A DNA stretch of 64,000 bases, taken from the NCBI GenBank assembly GCA_027066435.1, contig JAMONX010000046.1, positions 32,895 to 96,894 of the forward strand, in the 5' to 3' direction. Source of the DNA: Campylobacterales bacterium. Its GTDB lineage: Bacteria > Campylobacterota > Campylobacteria > Campylobacterales > QNZT01. The notes below the pieces were generated by a model, which saw nothing but the letters and a program-made list of their open reading frames with translations, was not told the DNA's origin and searched no databases. This document shows positions 17,407 through 27,775 of this stretch, piece by piece. The translations under genes were made by a program, and so were the position numbers. Each line of letters opens with the position of its first letter. Position 1 is the stretch's first letter.

Positions 17407-19167
17407 ATGGATTTTAAAACATTAAATAAATATACTAAAAACTTACGCCTTCTTTATATAGAAGATGATGAAGAGATTTGCAAACAAAGCGTAGAACTAC
17501 TAGAACTATTTTTTGAAGATGTCATCATCTGTTACAACGGAGAAGAAGCTCTTGAAACTTATAAATCTGACTTATATTTAACAAACAGACTATTTGATAT
17601 TATCATAACCGATATTCATATGCCTAAAATGGATGGAATAGAGTTAATTGAAAATGTTTTAAGATTAAATCCTAAACAAGCTATAACTGTTATCTCAGCA
17701 GATGGTGGTAACTCTTTTACACTACTTAAACTTATAAATTTAGGCATTAACAGTTTTTTACTAAAACCATTAAAAGAGAATCAATTAATAGATACTCTAT
17801 ATAAAGCCTCAAAGAATTTATATAATGAAAAAATTGCACTTCAATACAATCAAAAGATAACCACATCAAATCTAAGACTAGAACAAGAGATAAAAAGAAG
17901 AACAAAAAGACTAAAAGAACAACTCTATACAGATAACTTAACAGGATTAAAAAACCGAAGTGCCTTAGGAAGAGATATTGACAATAACTCTTACAATATG
18001 ATAGCTCTTATTGATATTGATCGTTTTCAATTTATAAATGATCTCTACGGTGCAAAAATAGGAAACCAAGTTATCAGAGAGTTTACAAGCTTCTTAAAGA
18101 AAAATGTAGATAAAACTCATTATAAACTTTATCGAACATCAGGGGATGAGTTTGCAATCTGCCATAAAGGAGAAGATGCTCTTCACTTTGAAAATTTTAT
18201 AATTAACCTTAGTAAAAGTGTTACAAATTTGCCTCTTTTTATTCAAAAACTAACTGATACAATATATCTAGATGCAACTATCGGTCTATCTTTTGAGAAA
18301 AAACAACTTTTAACAAATTGTGACATAGCTCTGCGTCATGCAAAGAAAAATAAAAAACCACTTATAATATATAGAGATGAAATAAATACTCTTAAAAATA
18401 TAAAAGATGCACTAGAGTGGAAATATAAAATTCGTCATGCATTAGAAAATGACAATATTATTCCCATTTTTCAACCAATTGTTGACAAAGAGGGAGAAAT
18501 TTTAAAGTATGAAGCCTTAATGAGACTAAAAGAGCATACAGTCGATGGTGAACAACTAGTCTCTCCTAGCTTTTTCTTAGAGACCGCAGTTTTAACAAAA
18601 CAATATCCAAAACTTTCACATACAATAATCAAAAAATCACTCCAACACTTAATAAAAAATGATATAACTTTATCAATAAATCTAACATACAGTGACTTTA
18701 TAGATGAACAAATCATAACACTTATCACTGATATATTAGACAAAGAAGAGATTGGTAATAGACTTATTTTTGAAATTGTTGAGAGTGAAGATATCAAAGA
18801 CTATGCTTTACTACAGAGCTTTATAGAAAAGTTTAGAAAATATGGTGTTAAAATTGCAATTGATGATTTTGGGAGTGGTTTTTCAAACTTTGGGAATATT
18901 ATACAAACTAAACCAGATTATCTAAAAATTGATGGTTCACTTATAAAAAATATTGATACAAGTAGCCATACACAAACTATGGTAAGAGCAATAATGCAAA
19001 TTGCAAATGAGTTAGATATAAAAATAATTGCCGAATTTGTACACTCAAAAGAGGTTTTTGAAGCACTACATAAATTTGATATAGATGAGTTTCAAGGTAA
19101 CTATTTTTATGAGCCTTCAACTGCATTAATAGAAAAAAAAGGTACAATAAAACTAAAAACAATCTAA
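17407..19167 (+). CDS. Response regulator with GGDEF and EAL domains (c-di-GMP turnover)
   Basis: REC (LLYIEDDEE, IIITDIHMPKMDG). GGDEF domain with SGDEF in place of GGDEF. EAL motifs YEALMRL, EIVESE, DDFGSGFSNF, KIDGS and QGNYF. Confidence 0.85.
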   Translation: MDFKTLNKYTKNLRLLYIEDDEEICKQSVELLELFFEDVIICYNGEEALETYKSDLYLTNRLFDIIITDIHMPKMDGIELIENVLRLNPKQAITVISADGGNSFTLLKLINLGINSFLLKPLKENQLIDTLYKASKNLYNEKIALQYNQKITTSNLRLEQEIKRRTKRLKEQLYTDNLTGLKNRSALGRDIDNNSYNMIALIDIDRFQFINDLYGAKIGNQVIREFTSFLKKNVDKTHYKLYRTSGDEFAICHKGEDALHFENFIINLSKSVTNLPLFIQKLTDTIYLDATIGLSFEKKQLLTNCDIALRHAKKNKKPLIIYRDEINTLKNIKDALEWKYKIRHALENDNIIPIFQPIVDKEGEILKYEALMRLKEHTVDGEQLVSPSFFLETAVLTKQYPKLSHTIIKKSLQHLIKNDITLSINLTYSDFIDEQIITLITDILDKEEIGNRLIFEIVESEDIKDYALLQSFIEKFRKYGVKIAIDDFGSGFSNFGNIIQTKPDYLKIDGSLIKNIDTSSHTQTMVRAIMQIANELDIKIIAEFVHSKEVFEALHKFDIDEFQGNYFYEPSTALIEKKGTIKLKTI

Positions 19168-22100
19168 TGAAAAAACTCTATATACTTGTACTATTACTTC
19201 TATCTCAACTCATCAATGCATCCCAACTAGAAAATGTTTCAATCCAACTTAAATGGAAGCACTCTTTCCAGTTTGCTGGTTATTATGCAGCCATTGAAAA
19301 AGGCTTTTACAAAGAAAAAGGACTTAATGTCACACTAAAAGAGATAGATATGAGTCGTGATTTTATACAAGATGTAGTAGATGGAAAGTCTCAATACGGT
19401 GTATCAGACAGCTCTTTGATAATACGCCGTCAAGAAAATGAACCTGTTGTATTAATATCACAAATTTTCCAGCACTCTCCACTCGTTTTAATTTCACATC
19501 GTGATTCAAATATTACCACCCCTTATGAGATGAGCAATAAAAAAATCATGTATTCACTTAATAATAGCGGTGGCACTCCCTTTAATGCACTCTTTTTAAA
19601 TTCTATAGGCACATATAAAAATCTTAACATAACAGAATTTACAAACTATCAAGATTTTATAGATAAGAAAGTTGATGTTACTTCAGCTTACTCAACTTCA
19701 CAACCATACATGCTAAAAAAACAAGGTATAGACATAAATATAATCGACCCTAAAAGTTATGGTATAGATTTTTACGGAGATAATTTCTTTACAACTGAGA
19801 AAGAGCTTCAAAATCATCCCAAAAGAGTGGAAAAAATGAGACAAGCTACACTAAAGGGCTGGGAATATGCACTCTCCAACCAAAAAGAGATAATAGATAT
19901 AATAATTCAAAAATATGCATCTAAGAGCGATAAAGATTTACTCTCTTTTGAAGCAAGAGGTATATATCAGATGGTTATACCTGACTTAACAAAGATTGGC
20001 ACTATTAATAAAGATAAATATGAAAAAGTTATAAAAACTTATCATAAACTAGGATTAGTAAAAAAATTAAAAATAGATGAGGGCTTCTTTTATCAGAAAA
20101 AGTTACAAAAAGTTCTTTTAACAAATGAAGAAAAAAGTTGGATAAAAGAGCATCCCATTGTAATTGTTGGAGGAGGACCAGACTGGGCACCTTTTGATTT
20201 TGTGAATAAAAAAGGTAAATACAATGGAATTTCGAATGATTATTTAAATCTTTTAAGTAAATATACAAATCTAAAATTTAAAGTAGTTGTTGATAAATGG
20301 AGCAATAATCTTCAAAAAATGAAAGATGGCAAAATTGATCTTTTACATGCAATTTACTATACAGATAAACGCTCAACATATATGAACTATACAAAGCCCT
20401 ACTTTGAGATGCTTGATTACTTTTTTATCCGAGATGATTTAAATGTAGAAACAATTGAAGATTTAAATGGAAAGAGAGTTGCAGTTCCTAGAGAATATGC
20501 ACATGAAGATATCCTTAAAAAGGAGTTTCCTAAGATTAAAATTATCACTGTTGAAACTTTTTCACAATCTATAGATGCCGTTTTAGAAAATAAAGCAGAT
20601 ATATTATTTAATACTTATGCATCTCTCTCTTATGTTCTCAAAAGAGAAGGTATAAATACAATTATCCCATTTAAATCCTATCGAGGACATGGCATGATGA
20701 GACTGCATATGAGTACGAATCAAAATAACCTCATACTTGCACAAATCATAGATAAAGCTCTTATTGCAATCACAGATAATGAGAAAAAAGAGATTTATGA
20801 TAGATGGATTGGTAAAAATATTCAAAATACTCAAAAGCTTATTAATTTAACAAACAAAGAGAAAGAATGGATTAAAGAAAATCACAATATTACATTTGCT
20901 GGTGATCCTGACTGGATGCCATTTGAATCTTTTGACGAACAGGGCAATTATAAAGGAATTGTTGCTGATTATTTAAAAGAGGTAGAAAACAGGGTTGCTT
21001 TATCCTTTAAACCTATAACTGTAAAAAGCTGGCGGGAGACACTAAAAATTGCACAAGATGAAAATGTTGATGTAATTTCTGGAGATATTGATAATATCAT
21101 TTTAGCAAAAAAATATGAACCAATTACTCCATATTTTGAAACACCAATTGTAATTGTTACAAATAGCAAACACTCATTTATCAATGATTTAGAAGATATC
21201 AAAGATAAAAAAATAGCTATTATCAATGATTATGGCTATACAAATAGGTTAAAATCAAGTTATAAAAATATCAACTTTATAAAAATACCCAATATTCAAG
21301 AAGCATTTGACAAACTTCTATTTGAAAATATAGATGCACTTTTACTCTCTATGCCTGCAGCTTCATATTTGATTAAAACAAGGGGATTAGACTCTTTAAA
21401 GATTTCTGGAAAAACTGTAGTATCTATGCATCCTACTCTCTTTGTACATAAAGATAAAGCTTTACTTCATAGTATAATTGAAAAAACAATGGCTGGAATT
21501 GGAAATAGTAGAAATAGAGAAATTTTAGGAAAATGGCAAAAGATTGAATTTGCAAAGAGGGTAGATTATACTTTAATATACCAACTACTTGGTATTTTTT
21601 TACTTTTTATCTTAGGTGCACTTTACTGGAATAGAAAACTTAAAGCTGAAGTTATAAAAAGAGAAGAGAGTGAGATGCAGATAAGAACACTTATGGATAT
21701 TATCCCTCTCAATATTCTTGTTACCACTTATGGAGGGAAAATACTCCTAGCAAATCCTCAAACTCTTAAATATCATCAAATCCCAAAAGAGGATATAAAA
21801 AACTATAATATTTTGGATTTTTATTCAAATCCAAAAGAGCGAGAAGTTGTATTAAGTGAATTGAAAAAAAATGGAAGTGTAAAACAGAAAATTGTAAAGT
21901 TTAAGAGCTCAAATAGTAAAACTCATGATTTGATGATATCACTCCTGCCCATTACTTATCATAAACAAAATGCGCTACTTGCTCTTGGAGTTGATTTAAC
22001 AGATAGACTTAAAATGGAAAAAGAGCTATCACTTGCTAAAGAGAGTGCAGAAAAAGCAAATTTAGCTAAAAGTGAATTTTTAGCAAATATGTCTCACGAA

Positions 22101-23504
22101 ATACGAACACCAATGAACTCGGTTATCGGATTTACTGAACTTTTATCTAAACTTATAAAAGATCCTATCCAAAAAGATTATCTTGATTCTATTCATAGGG
22201 GTGGTCAATCACTTCTTGCTATCATAAATGATATTCTCGACCTTTCAAAGATTGAAGCTGGCAAAATGGAAATTACTTTGGAGAGTGTAGATATAAAACA
22301 GTTGATATATGAGATGGAATCAATTTTTAGTGTAAAACTTATACAAAAAAATTTGATTTTTGAAGTAGATATTGATGAATCTATTCCTAAATACTTACTT
22401 CTTGATAACACTAGAGTTAGACAAATTCTTTTTAATGTCATAGGTAATGCTATCAAATTTACTAATAATGGGAAAATAAAACTTTCAATTAAAAAAACTT
22501 ATATTGACAATAAAAACAGCAAAGTAAATTTAATTTTAATCATTGAAGATAGTGGCATTGGAATCAAAGAAGAAAACCTTGAGTATATATTTGATTCGTT
22601 TGAACAACAACAAGGGCAAAATCATAAATATGGAGGAACAGGACTAGGACTTGCAATCTGCAAAAAACTCTTATCCATTATGAATGGGAAGATAAGTGTA
22701 GAAAGTAAATTTGGCGAAGGTTCAAAATTTACAATTTTTTTAGAAAAAATCTCAGTTAGTTCTGTAGAAAACATTATAGATAAAGCTAAAAATATAACAA
22801 AAGAGTTAAAATTCAAACCCTCTATTGTCCTTATAGTAGACGATATAACAGATAATAGAAAATTAGTCCACTCCGCACTTAAACCTTATGGTCTTACTAT
22901 CATTGAAGCAGTTAATGGAAAAGATGCATTAGAAAAACTAAAAAACATTAAAGTTGATCTTATTTTTATGGATATCAAAATGCCTATTATGGATGGATAT
23001 GAAGCAACTCAAATCATAAAAAATGACCCCCAACTAAAAAAAATTCCCATAATAGCTCTTACAGCTTCAGTGATGGGAAAAGATATGGAAAAAATCATAA
23101 ATTATAAATTTGATGGATATTTACGAAAACCTGTTGGAATTGATAAGTTAGTAGAAGAGATGGCTAGATTTTTACCACACCAATCACTAGAGATAAAAGA
23201 AGATAATGGGATGCAAATAAGTCAAAATGGATATAAATATCTTGAATCTGTAATAGAAACATTAGAGAAGAAATTTCTTATAACATGGGAAAAAATTAAA
23301 GATAAAGGTGATTTTGAACCAATAGAAAATTTTGCTAATGAACTTAAGAGTTTGATTGAAAACAAAGGTATTTATTTACTTGAAGGGTTTGCAAAAGAGC
23401 TAAAACTAAGCTGTGAAAGTTTTGATATAGAACAAATTGATTTTCTAATGAATAACTTTCCAAATGTTATAAAAAAATTAAAAAAGATGTTAAAAAATGA
23501 GTAA
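19167..23504 (+). CDS. Hybrid sensor histidine kinase (1445 aa): three periplasmic solute-binding domains, TM, PAS, HisKA, HATPase, REC, Hpt-like tail
   Basis: Signal peptide. NMT1/SsuA-like domain (SIQLKWKHSFQFAGYYAA). Two SBP_bac_3-like repeats (LTNEEKSWIKEHPIVIVGGGPDWAPFDF and LTNKEKEWIKENHNITFAGDPDWMPFES). TM helix LIYQLLGIFLLFILGALYW. H-box LANMSHEIRTPMN. G-box GGTGLGLAICKKL. REC IVLIVDD...LIFMDIKMPIMDG. Confidence 0.85.
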   Translation: MKKLYILVLLLLSQLINASQLENVSIQLKWKHSFQFAGYYAAIEKGFYKEKGLNVTLKEIDMSRDFIQDVVDGKSQYGVSDSSLIIRRQENEPVVLISQIFQHSPLVLISHRDSNITTPYEMSNKKIMYSLNNSGGTPFNALFLNSIGTYKNLNITEFTNYQDFIDKKVDVTSAYSTSQPYMLKKQGIDINIIDPKSYGIDFYGDNFFTTEKELQNHPKRVEKMRQATLKGWEYALSNQKEIIDIIIQKYASKSDKDLLSFEARGIYQMVIPDLTKIGTINKDKYEKVIKTYHKLGLVKKLKIDEGFFYQKKLQKVLLTNEEKSWIKEHPIVIVGGGPDWAPFDFVNKKGKYNGISNDYLNLLSKYTNLKFKVVVDKWSNNLQKMKDGKIDLLHAIYYTDKRSTYMNYTKPYFEMLDYFFIRDDLNVETIEDLNGKRVAVPREYAHEDILKKEFPKIKIITVETFSQSIDAVLENKADILFNTYASLSYVLKREGINTIIPFKSYRGHGMMRLHMSTNQNNLILAQIIDKALIAITDNEKKEIYDRWIGKNIQNTQKLINLTNKEKEWIKENHNITFAGDPDWMPFESFDEQGNYKGIVADYLKEVENRVALSFKPITVKSWRETLKIAQDENVDVISGDIDNIILAKKYEPITPYFETPIVIVTNSKHSFINDLEDIKDKKIAIINDYGYTNRLKSSYKNINFIKIPNIQEAFDKLLFENIDALLLSMPAASYLIKTRGLDSLKISGKTVVSMHPTLFVHKDKALLHSIIEKTMAGIGNSRNREILGKWQKIEFAKRVDYTLIYQLLGIFLLFILGALYWNRKLKAEVIKREESEMQIRTLMDIIPLNILVTTYGGKILLANPQTLKYHQIPKEDIKNYNILDFYSNPKEREVVLSELKKNGSVKQKIVKFKSSNSKTHDLMISLLPITYHKQNALLALGVDLTDRLKMEKELSLAKESAEKANLAKSEFLANMSHEIRTPMNSVIGFTELLSKLIKDPIQKDYLDSIHRGGQSLLAIINDILDLSKIEAGKMEITLESVDIKQLIYEMESIFSVKLIQKNLIFEVDIDESIPKYLLLDNTRVRQILFNVIGNAIKFTNNGKIKLSIKKTYIDNKNSKVNLILIIEDSGIGIKEENLEYIFDSFEQQQGQNHKYGGTGLGLAICKKLLSIMNGKISVESKFGEGSKFTIFLEKISVSSVENIIDKAKNITKELKFKPSIVLIVDDITDNRKLVHSALKPYGLTIIEAVNGKDALEKLKNIKVDLIFMDIKMPIMDGYEATQIIKNDPQLKKIPIIALTASVMGKDMEKIINYKFDGYLRKPVGIDKLVEEMARFLPHQSLEIKEDNGMQISQNGYKYLESVIETLEKKFLITWEKIKDKGDFEPIENFANELKSLIENKGIYLLEGFAKELKLSCESFDIEQIDFLMNNFPNVIKKLKKMLKNE

Positions 23505-23892
23505 TATATTAATTGTAGATGATATGCCTAAAAATATCCAAATGGCAATGAATATGCTAAAGGGAGAGGGGCATCATATGTTTTATGCCAAAAATGCTAA
23601 AATGGGTTTAAATATAGTAAAAGAGCAAAAAATCGATATAATTCTTTTAGATATTATGATGCCACAGATGGATGGTTATCAAATGTGTAAAATTTTGAAA
23701 AGTGATAAAAATACAAAAGATATACCTGTAATATTTTTATCAGGAAAAGATTCAAGTGAAGATATACAAAAAGCATATGAAGCTGGTGGAGTAGATTATA
23801 TCACTAAGCCTTTTATCGATATTGAACTCAAAACAAAAGTTTCAATTCAAACAGAATTAGTTAGACTAAGAAAGGAATTTATGTGCGCCTAA
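23497..23892 (+). CDS. Single-domain CheY-like response regulator
   Basis: ILIVDDMPKN, IILLDIMMPQMDG and DYITKPF. It overlaps the hybrid kinase gene by 8 nt. Confidence 0.85.
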   Translation: MSNILIVDDMPKNIQMAMNMLKGEGHHMFYAKNAKMGLNIVKEQKIDIILLDIMMPQMDGYQMCKILKSDKNTKDIPVIFLSGKDSSEDIQKAYEAGGVDYITKPFIDIELKTKVSIQTELVRLRKEFMCA

Positions 23893-25115
23893 AAAACAGA
23901 AGTGCCAAGATACTGCTCATAGATGATAATCCAAAAAATTTACAAGTTGCTATGGGTATTTTAAATAAAGAGGGATACAACCTAATCTACGCACAAGATG
24001 GTAAAAAAGGGCTAGAGTTAGCACAAAAAGGAGATTTTAATCTAATTCTATTAGATATTGTGATGATGGGAATGGATGGATATAGTGTTTGTCAAGAGCT
24101 AAAAAGCAATATAAAAACTAAAGAGATTCCTATAATATTTTTAACAGTAAAAGATGAAGAACAAGATATCGTAAAAGGTTTTGAATATGGCGGAGTTGAT
24201 TATATCACTAAACCTTTTTATTCGGAAGTACTTCTTAGAAAAGTAAAGACACATATAAATCTCTCAAAAACAACTAAAGAATTAAAGCATCTAAATGAAA
24301 ACTTGGCAAGAACTGTCGAAGAACAGGTTGAAAAAATTCGCCTTAAAGAGCAAATTCTTTTTCAACAATCTAAAATGGCAGCAATGGGAGAGATGATAGC
24401 AAATATCGCTCACCAGTGGAGACAACCTCTAAGTGCTATATCTACCACGGCTATTGGACTTAAAATCAAACTCCAAACTGAACACTTTAATCTTTCAAAC
24501 CAAGAAGGAGTTGAGAAGTGTATTGAAGATGCAAATAAAAAGCTTGATGATATTGAAGAGTATATAGGAATACTATCTGATACAATTGATGATTTTAGAA
24601 ACTTTTTTAAGCCACAAAAAAATGTTGAAAGTTTTGATATAGATACGGTTGTTCAAAAAAGCATAAAACTTCTTGAAGCAAATTTCAAAGATAGTCATAT
24701 AAGATTTATAAATGATACAAAAAATATAGAAATAGTTGGCTTTGAAAATGAACTAGCACAAGTTTTAATAAATATACTAAATAATGCAAGAGATGCATTA
24801 ATAGAACAAGATGATTTAGCTGAGAAACTGATTTTTATATCTACAAAGAAGAGTGGTGACTTTTTAATAATTAGCATAAAAGATAGTGCTGGTGGTATAA
24901 AAGAGGAGTTACTAGATAAGATTTACGAACCTTACTTTACTACAAAACATCAATCAATTGGAACTGGAATAGGACTTTATATGAGTCAAGAAATTATAAA
25001 AAAACATATGCATGGTACAATAGAAACAAAGAATGTCAAATACACATACGATAAAAAATATTATTTTGGTGCTGAATTTACAATTAAAATTCCACTAAAA
25101 ATTAAAGGTATTTAA
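23883..25115 (+). CDS. REC-histidine kinase fusion (GTG start)
   Basis: The receiver is ~50% identical by eye to the preceding regulator (ILLIDDNPKN, LILLDIVMMGMDG, DYITKPF). H-box IAHQWRQPLS. ATPase boxes NILNNARDA and GTGIGLYMSQ. Confidence 0.8.
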   Translation: MRLKNRSAKILLIDDNPKNLQVAMGILNKEGYNLIYAQDGKKGLELAQKGDFNLILLDIVMMGMDGYSVCQELKSNIKTKEIPIIFLTVKDEEQDIVKGFEYGGVDYITKPFYSEVLLRKVKTHINLSKTTKELKHLNENLARTVEEQVEKIRLKEQILFQQSKMAAMGEMIANIAHQWRQPLSAISTTAIGLKIKLQTEHFNLSNQEGVEKCIEDANKKLDDIEEYIGILSDTIDDFRNFFKPQKNVESFDIDTVVQKSIKLLEANFKDSHIRFINDTKNIEIVGFENELAQVLINILNNARDALIEQDDLAEKLIFISTKKSGDFLIISIKDSAGGIKEELLDKIYEPYFTTKHQSIGTGIGLYMSQEIIKKHMHGTIETKNVKYTYDKKYYFGAEFTIKIPLKIKGI

Positions 25116-25543
25116 TGAAAATATATATAGCAACAGACCACGCCGCATTTTGCATAAAAGAAGATGTTAAAAAGATACTTGAAGAGTTGGGAAATGAAGT
25201 TGTAGATTTAGGTCCATTTAACGATGAAAGAGTAGATTATCCAGATTTTGCACATAAACTCTGCAATGAAGTTTTAAAAGACTCAACCTCACAAGGCATA
25301 CTAATCTGTGGCACAGGAATAGGAATGAGTCTATCTGCAAATAAACATATCGGTATCCGTGCAGCTTTATGCCATGACGCTTATACTGCACAAATGGCAA
25401 GAGAGCATAATGATGCCAATGTCTTATGTTTTGGACAAAGAGTTGTGGGTTTAGGCACAATTGAGTCTATATGCACTTCATGGTGTAAAAGTAGCTTTCT
25501 TGGCGGAAGACACGCTATACGAGTAAATAAAATAGAGCTTTAA
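25115..25543 (+). CDS. rpiB: Ribose-5-phosphate isomerase B
   Basis: 142 aa with the LacAB_rpiB signature GILICGTGIGMSLSANKHIGIRAALCHD. Confidence 0.9.
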   Translation: MKIYIATDHAAFCIKEDVKKILEELGNEVVDLGPFNDERVDYPDFAHKLCNEVLKDSTSQGILICGTGIGMSLSANKHIGIRAALCHDAYTAQMAREHNDANVLCFGQRVVGLGTIESICTSWCKSSFLGGRHAIRVNKIEL

Positions 25544-25545
25544 TT

Positions 25546-25878
25546 ATGTTTGGCGAGTGGATTATATATACTGCACTAATTTTTACGATTATATATCTTA
25601 TAATTATGTTAAATTATAATAAAGCACTCTACAAAAGAGAACAAAATGCTAATATAATAAAAAAAGTTAATATTGACGACTCTAAACTTATGATTAGAAA
25701 ATATAGAGTACAACTCCAACGAGCAATTGGAAATATAGATATACTCACTGAAGAGTTAAATAAAGTAAGAAATGATATAAAAACATTAAGAGCAAGAAAT
25801 TCACAAAATAAACTAGAAAATGATCATTTAACGCAAAAAATAAAAGAGTTAGAAGAGCGAATCGAAGCTTTGATATAA
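25546..25878 (+). CDS. Hypothetical membrane-anchored coiled-coil protein
   Basis: N-terminal TM helix IIYTALIFTIIYLIIML, then a heptad-like charged helix (LTEELNKVRNDIKTLRARN...IKELEERIEAL). Confidence 0.45.
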   Translation: MFGEWIIYTALIFTIIYLIIMLNYNKALYKREQNANIIKKVNIDDSKLMIRKYRVQLQRAIGNIDILTEELNKVRNDIKTLRARNSQNKLENDHLTQKIKELEERIEALI

Positions 25879-25891
25879 GAAAGGTATAACA

Positions 25892-25975
25892 ATGGGAATA
25901 GAGAGTGTAGGTTTTGTAGTATTTGGAGTGGTTATGGCTCTTTTTTTAGCACTAAAATTTACAATGTTTAAGTAA
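25892..25975 (+). CDS. Possible 27-aa single-TM micro-protein (MGIESVGFVVFGVVMALFLALKFTMFK)
   Basis: Short ORF not in the track. It sits in an otherwise unexplained 114-nt gap, with AAAGG upstream. Purely sequence-based. Confidence 0.2.
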   Translation: MGIESVGFVVFGVVMALFLALKFTMFK

Positions 25976-25992
25976 AATAGAAAGGAGTATAA

Positions 25993-26547
25993 ATGAAAGA
26001 GTTAAATAACACTGATAGAGAGTATCTTTTAAGCACGATTAGGGATATACCTGATTTTCCAAAACCAGGAATTAATTTTAAAGATATCACAACACTTTTA
26101 AAAGATAAAAAAGCATTTGGTTTTTTAATGAACCATTTAGAGGAGAGATATAAATCATATAATCTTGATTTTATTGCTGGAATTGACAGCAGAGGTTTTA
26201 TATTTGGTGCTCCTTTGGCTGATAGACTTGGAATTGGGTTTGTTCCGATTCGAAAACATGGGAAACTTCCATATACGACTATCGGAGAAAAATATGCATT
26301 AGAGTATGGATTTGATGAGATAGAGGTACATATAGATGCATTTAAATGCGAAAAAGCAAAAGCAAAAGTTTTGATGATTGATGACCTCATAGCGACAGGA
26401 GGTACTGCATTTGCAGCGGCAAACCTTATAAATCAAGCAGGAGCCGAGTGTGTTGAAGCTTGTTTTTTGATAAATCTCATTTTTTTACAAGGTGATGTTA
26501 AAATAAAAGAGAGAACAACTGTTTACTCTGTTTTGGAGATTGATTAG
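25993..26547 (+). CDS. apt: Adenine phosphoribosyltransferase
   Basis: PRPP-binding motif [14 protein letters not shown], plus FKDITTLL and DSRGFIFG. Confidence 0.9.
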   Translation: MKELNNTDREYLLSTIRDIPDFPKPGINFKDITTLLKDKKAFGFLMNHLEERYKSYNLDFIAGIDSRGFIFGAPLADRLGIGFVPIRKHGKLPYTTIGEKYALEYGFDEIEVHIDAFKCEKAKAKVLMIDDLIATGGTAFAAANLINQAGAECVEACFLINLIFLQGDVKIKERTTVYSVLEID

Positions 26548-27752
26548 TGTATATTCCAAAACCTTCACGATTTGATCCAGATGCAAATGGGCATTTTGGT
26601 ATATTTGGCGGACGATATGTACCTGAAACTTTGATGCCAACACTCTTAGAACTTGATGAAAATTATAAAAAAATTCGTTTTGATAAAGATTTTTGGTCTG
26701 AAGTTGATTACTATTATAAACAGTATGTTGGTCGCCCTAACCCACTCTATTTTGCTAAAAATATTTCAGATGAGATAGGTGCAAAAGTCTATCTAAAAAG
26801 AGAAGATTTAAACCACACTGGAGCTCATAAGATAAACCACACTGTAGCACAAGCACTATTAGCAAAAAAACTTGGCAAAAAAAAGGTAATAGCAGAAACT
26901 GGAGCTGGACAACACGGAGTAGCAACCGCAACAGTCGCTGCACTATTTGGATTGGAGTGCGAAATATTTATGGGTGAAAAAGATGTTAAGAGGCAAGAGC
27001 TTAATGTTTTTAGAATGAAACTTTTAGGAGCAAAAGTCCACTCTGTAACTAGTGGAAGTAAAACTTTAAAAGATGCCATGAATGACGCAATCCGCCACTG
27101 GGTAACAAATGCTAGAGATACCTACTACATCATAGGAACAGTAGCAGGACCGCATCCCTATCCTATGATGATAAGAGATATACAATCTATCATAGGATAT
27201 GAAGCAAGAAAACAGATTTTAGAGATAGAGGAAAAATTGCCAGATTTTGTCATTGCTTGTATCGGTGGAGGAAGTAATGCTTTAGGAATCTTTAACCATT
27301 TTTTAGAAGATGATGAAACTACTTGTATAGGAATTGAGGCTGGAGGACTTGGACTTGATAGCAAACACGGAGCTAGTTTAGCCAAGGGTTCTCCTGGAGT
27401 TTTACACGGTCAAATGAGTTATCTTTTACAAGACAAAGATGGTCAAGTCCTTGAAGCCCACTCTATCTCAGCTGGTCTTGATTATCCTGGAATTGGTCCA
27501 GAACATGCCTATCTAAAAGAGTTAGGAGTAGCTTATTATGAATCCATTACAGACGATGAAGCACTTGAAGCTTTTGTATGGCTCTCAAAATCAGAGGGAA
27601 TTATACCAGCATTTGAAAGCTCTCATGCTATCGCCTATCTTAAAAAAATAGCAAAAGATGAGATAAAAGATAAACTAATCATCATAAATCTCTCAGGAAG
27701 AGGTGATAAAGATATGATACAGGCAAAAGAGCTTTTAGATTTTGACAAATAA
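26547..27752 (+). CDS. trpB: Tryptophan synthase beta chain (GTG start)
   Basis: [20 protein letters not shown]-lysine region [11 protein letters not shown], and GGGSNALG. No trpA is adjacent. Confidence 0.9.
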   Translation: MYIPKPSRFDPDANGHFGIFGGRYVPETLMPTLLELDENYKKIRFDKDFWSEVDYYYKQYVGRPNPLYFAKNISDEIGAKVYLKREDLNHTGAHKINHTVAQALLAKKLGKKKVIAETGAGQHGVATATVAALFGLECEIFMGEKDVKRQELNVFRMKLLGAKVHSVTSGSKTLKDAMNDAIRHWVTNARDTYYIIGTVAGPHPYPMMIRDIQSIIGYEARKQILEIEEKLPDFVIACIGGGSNALGIFNHFLEDDETTCIGIEAGGLGLDSKHGASLAKGSPGVLHGQMSYLLQDKDGQVLEAHSISAGLDYPGIGPEHAYLKELGVAYYESITDDEALEAFVWLSKSEGIIPAFESSHAIAYLKKIAKDEIKDKLIIINLSGRGDKDMIQAKELLDFDK

Positions 27753-27775
27753 AAATAAAATATATAGGGAAAATA

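Noticed and set aside
26547-27752. A stand-alone trpB without an adjacent trpA, considered as a possible TrpB2-type or pseudo-operon anomaly.
   Set aside because: The sequence has ordinary TrpB1 features ([19 protein letters not shown]) and an intact frame. Scattered trp genes are common, so interest is low.
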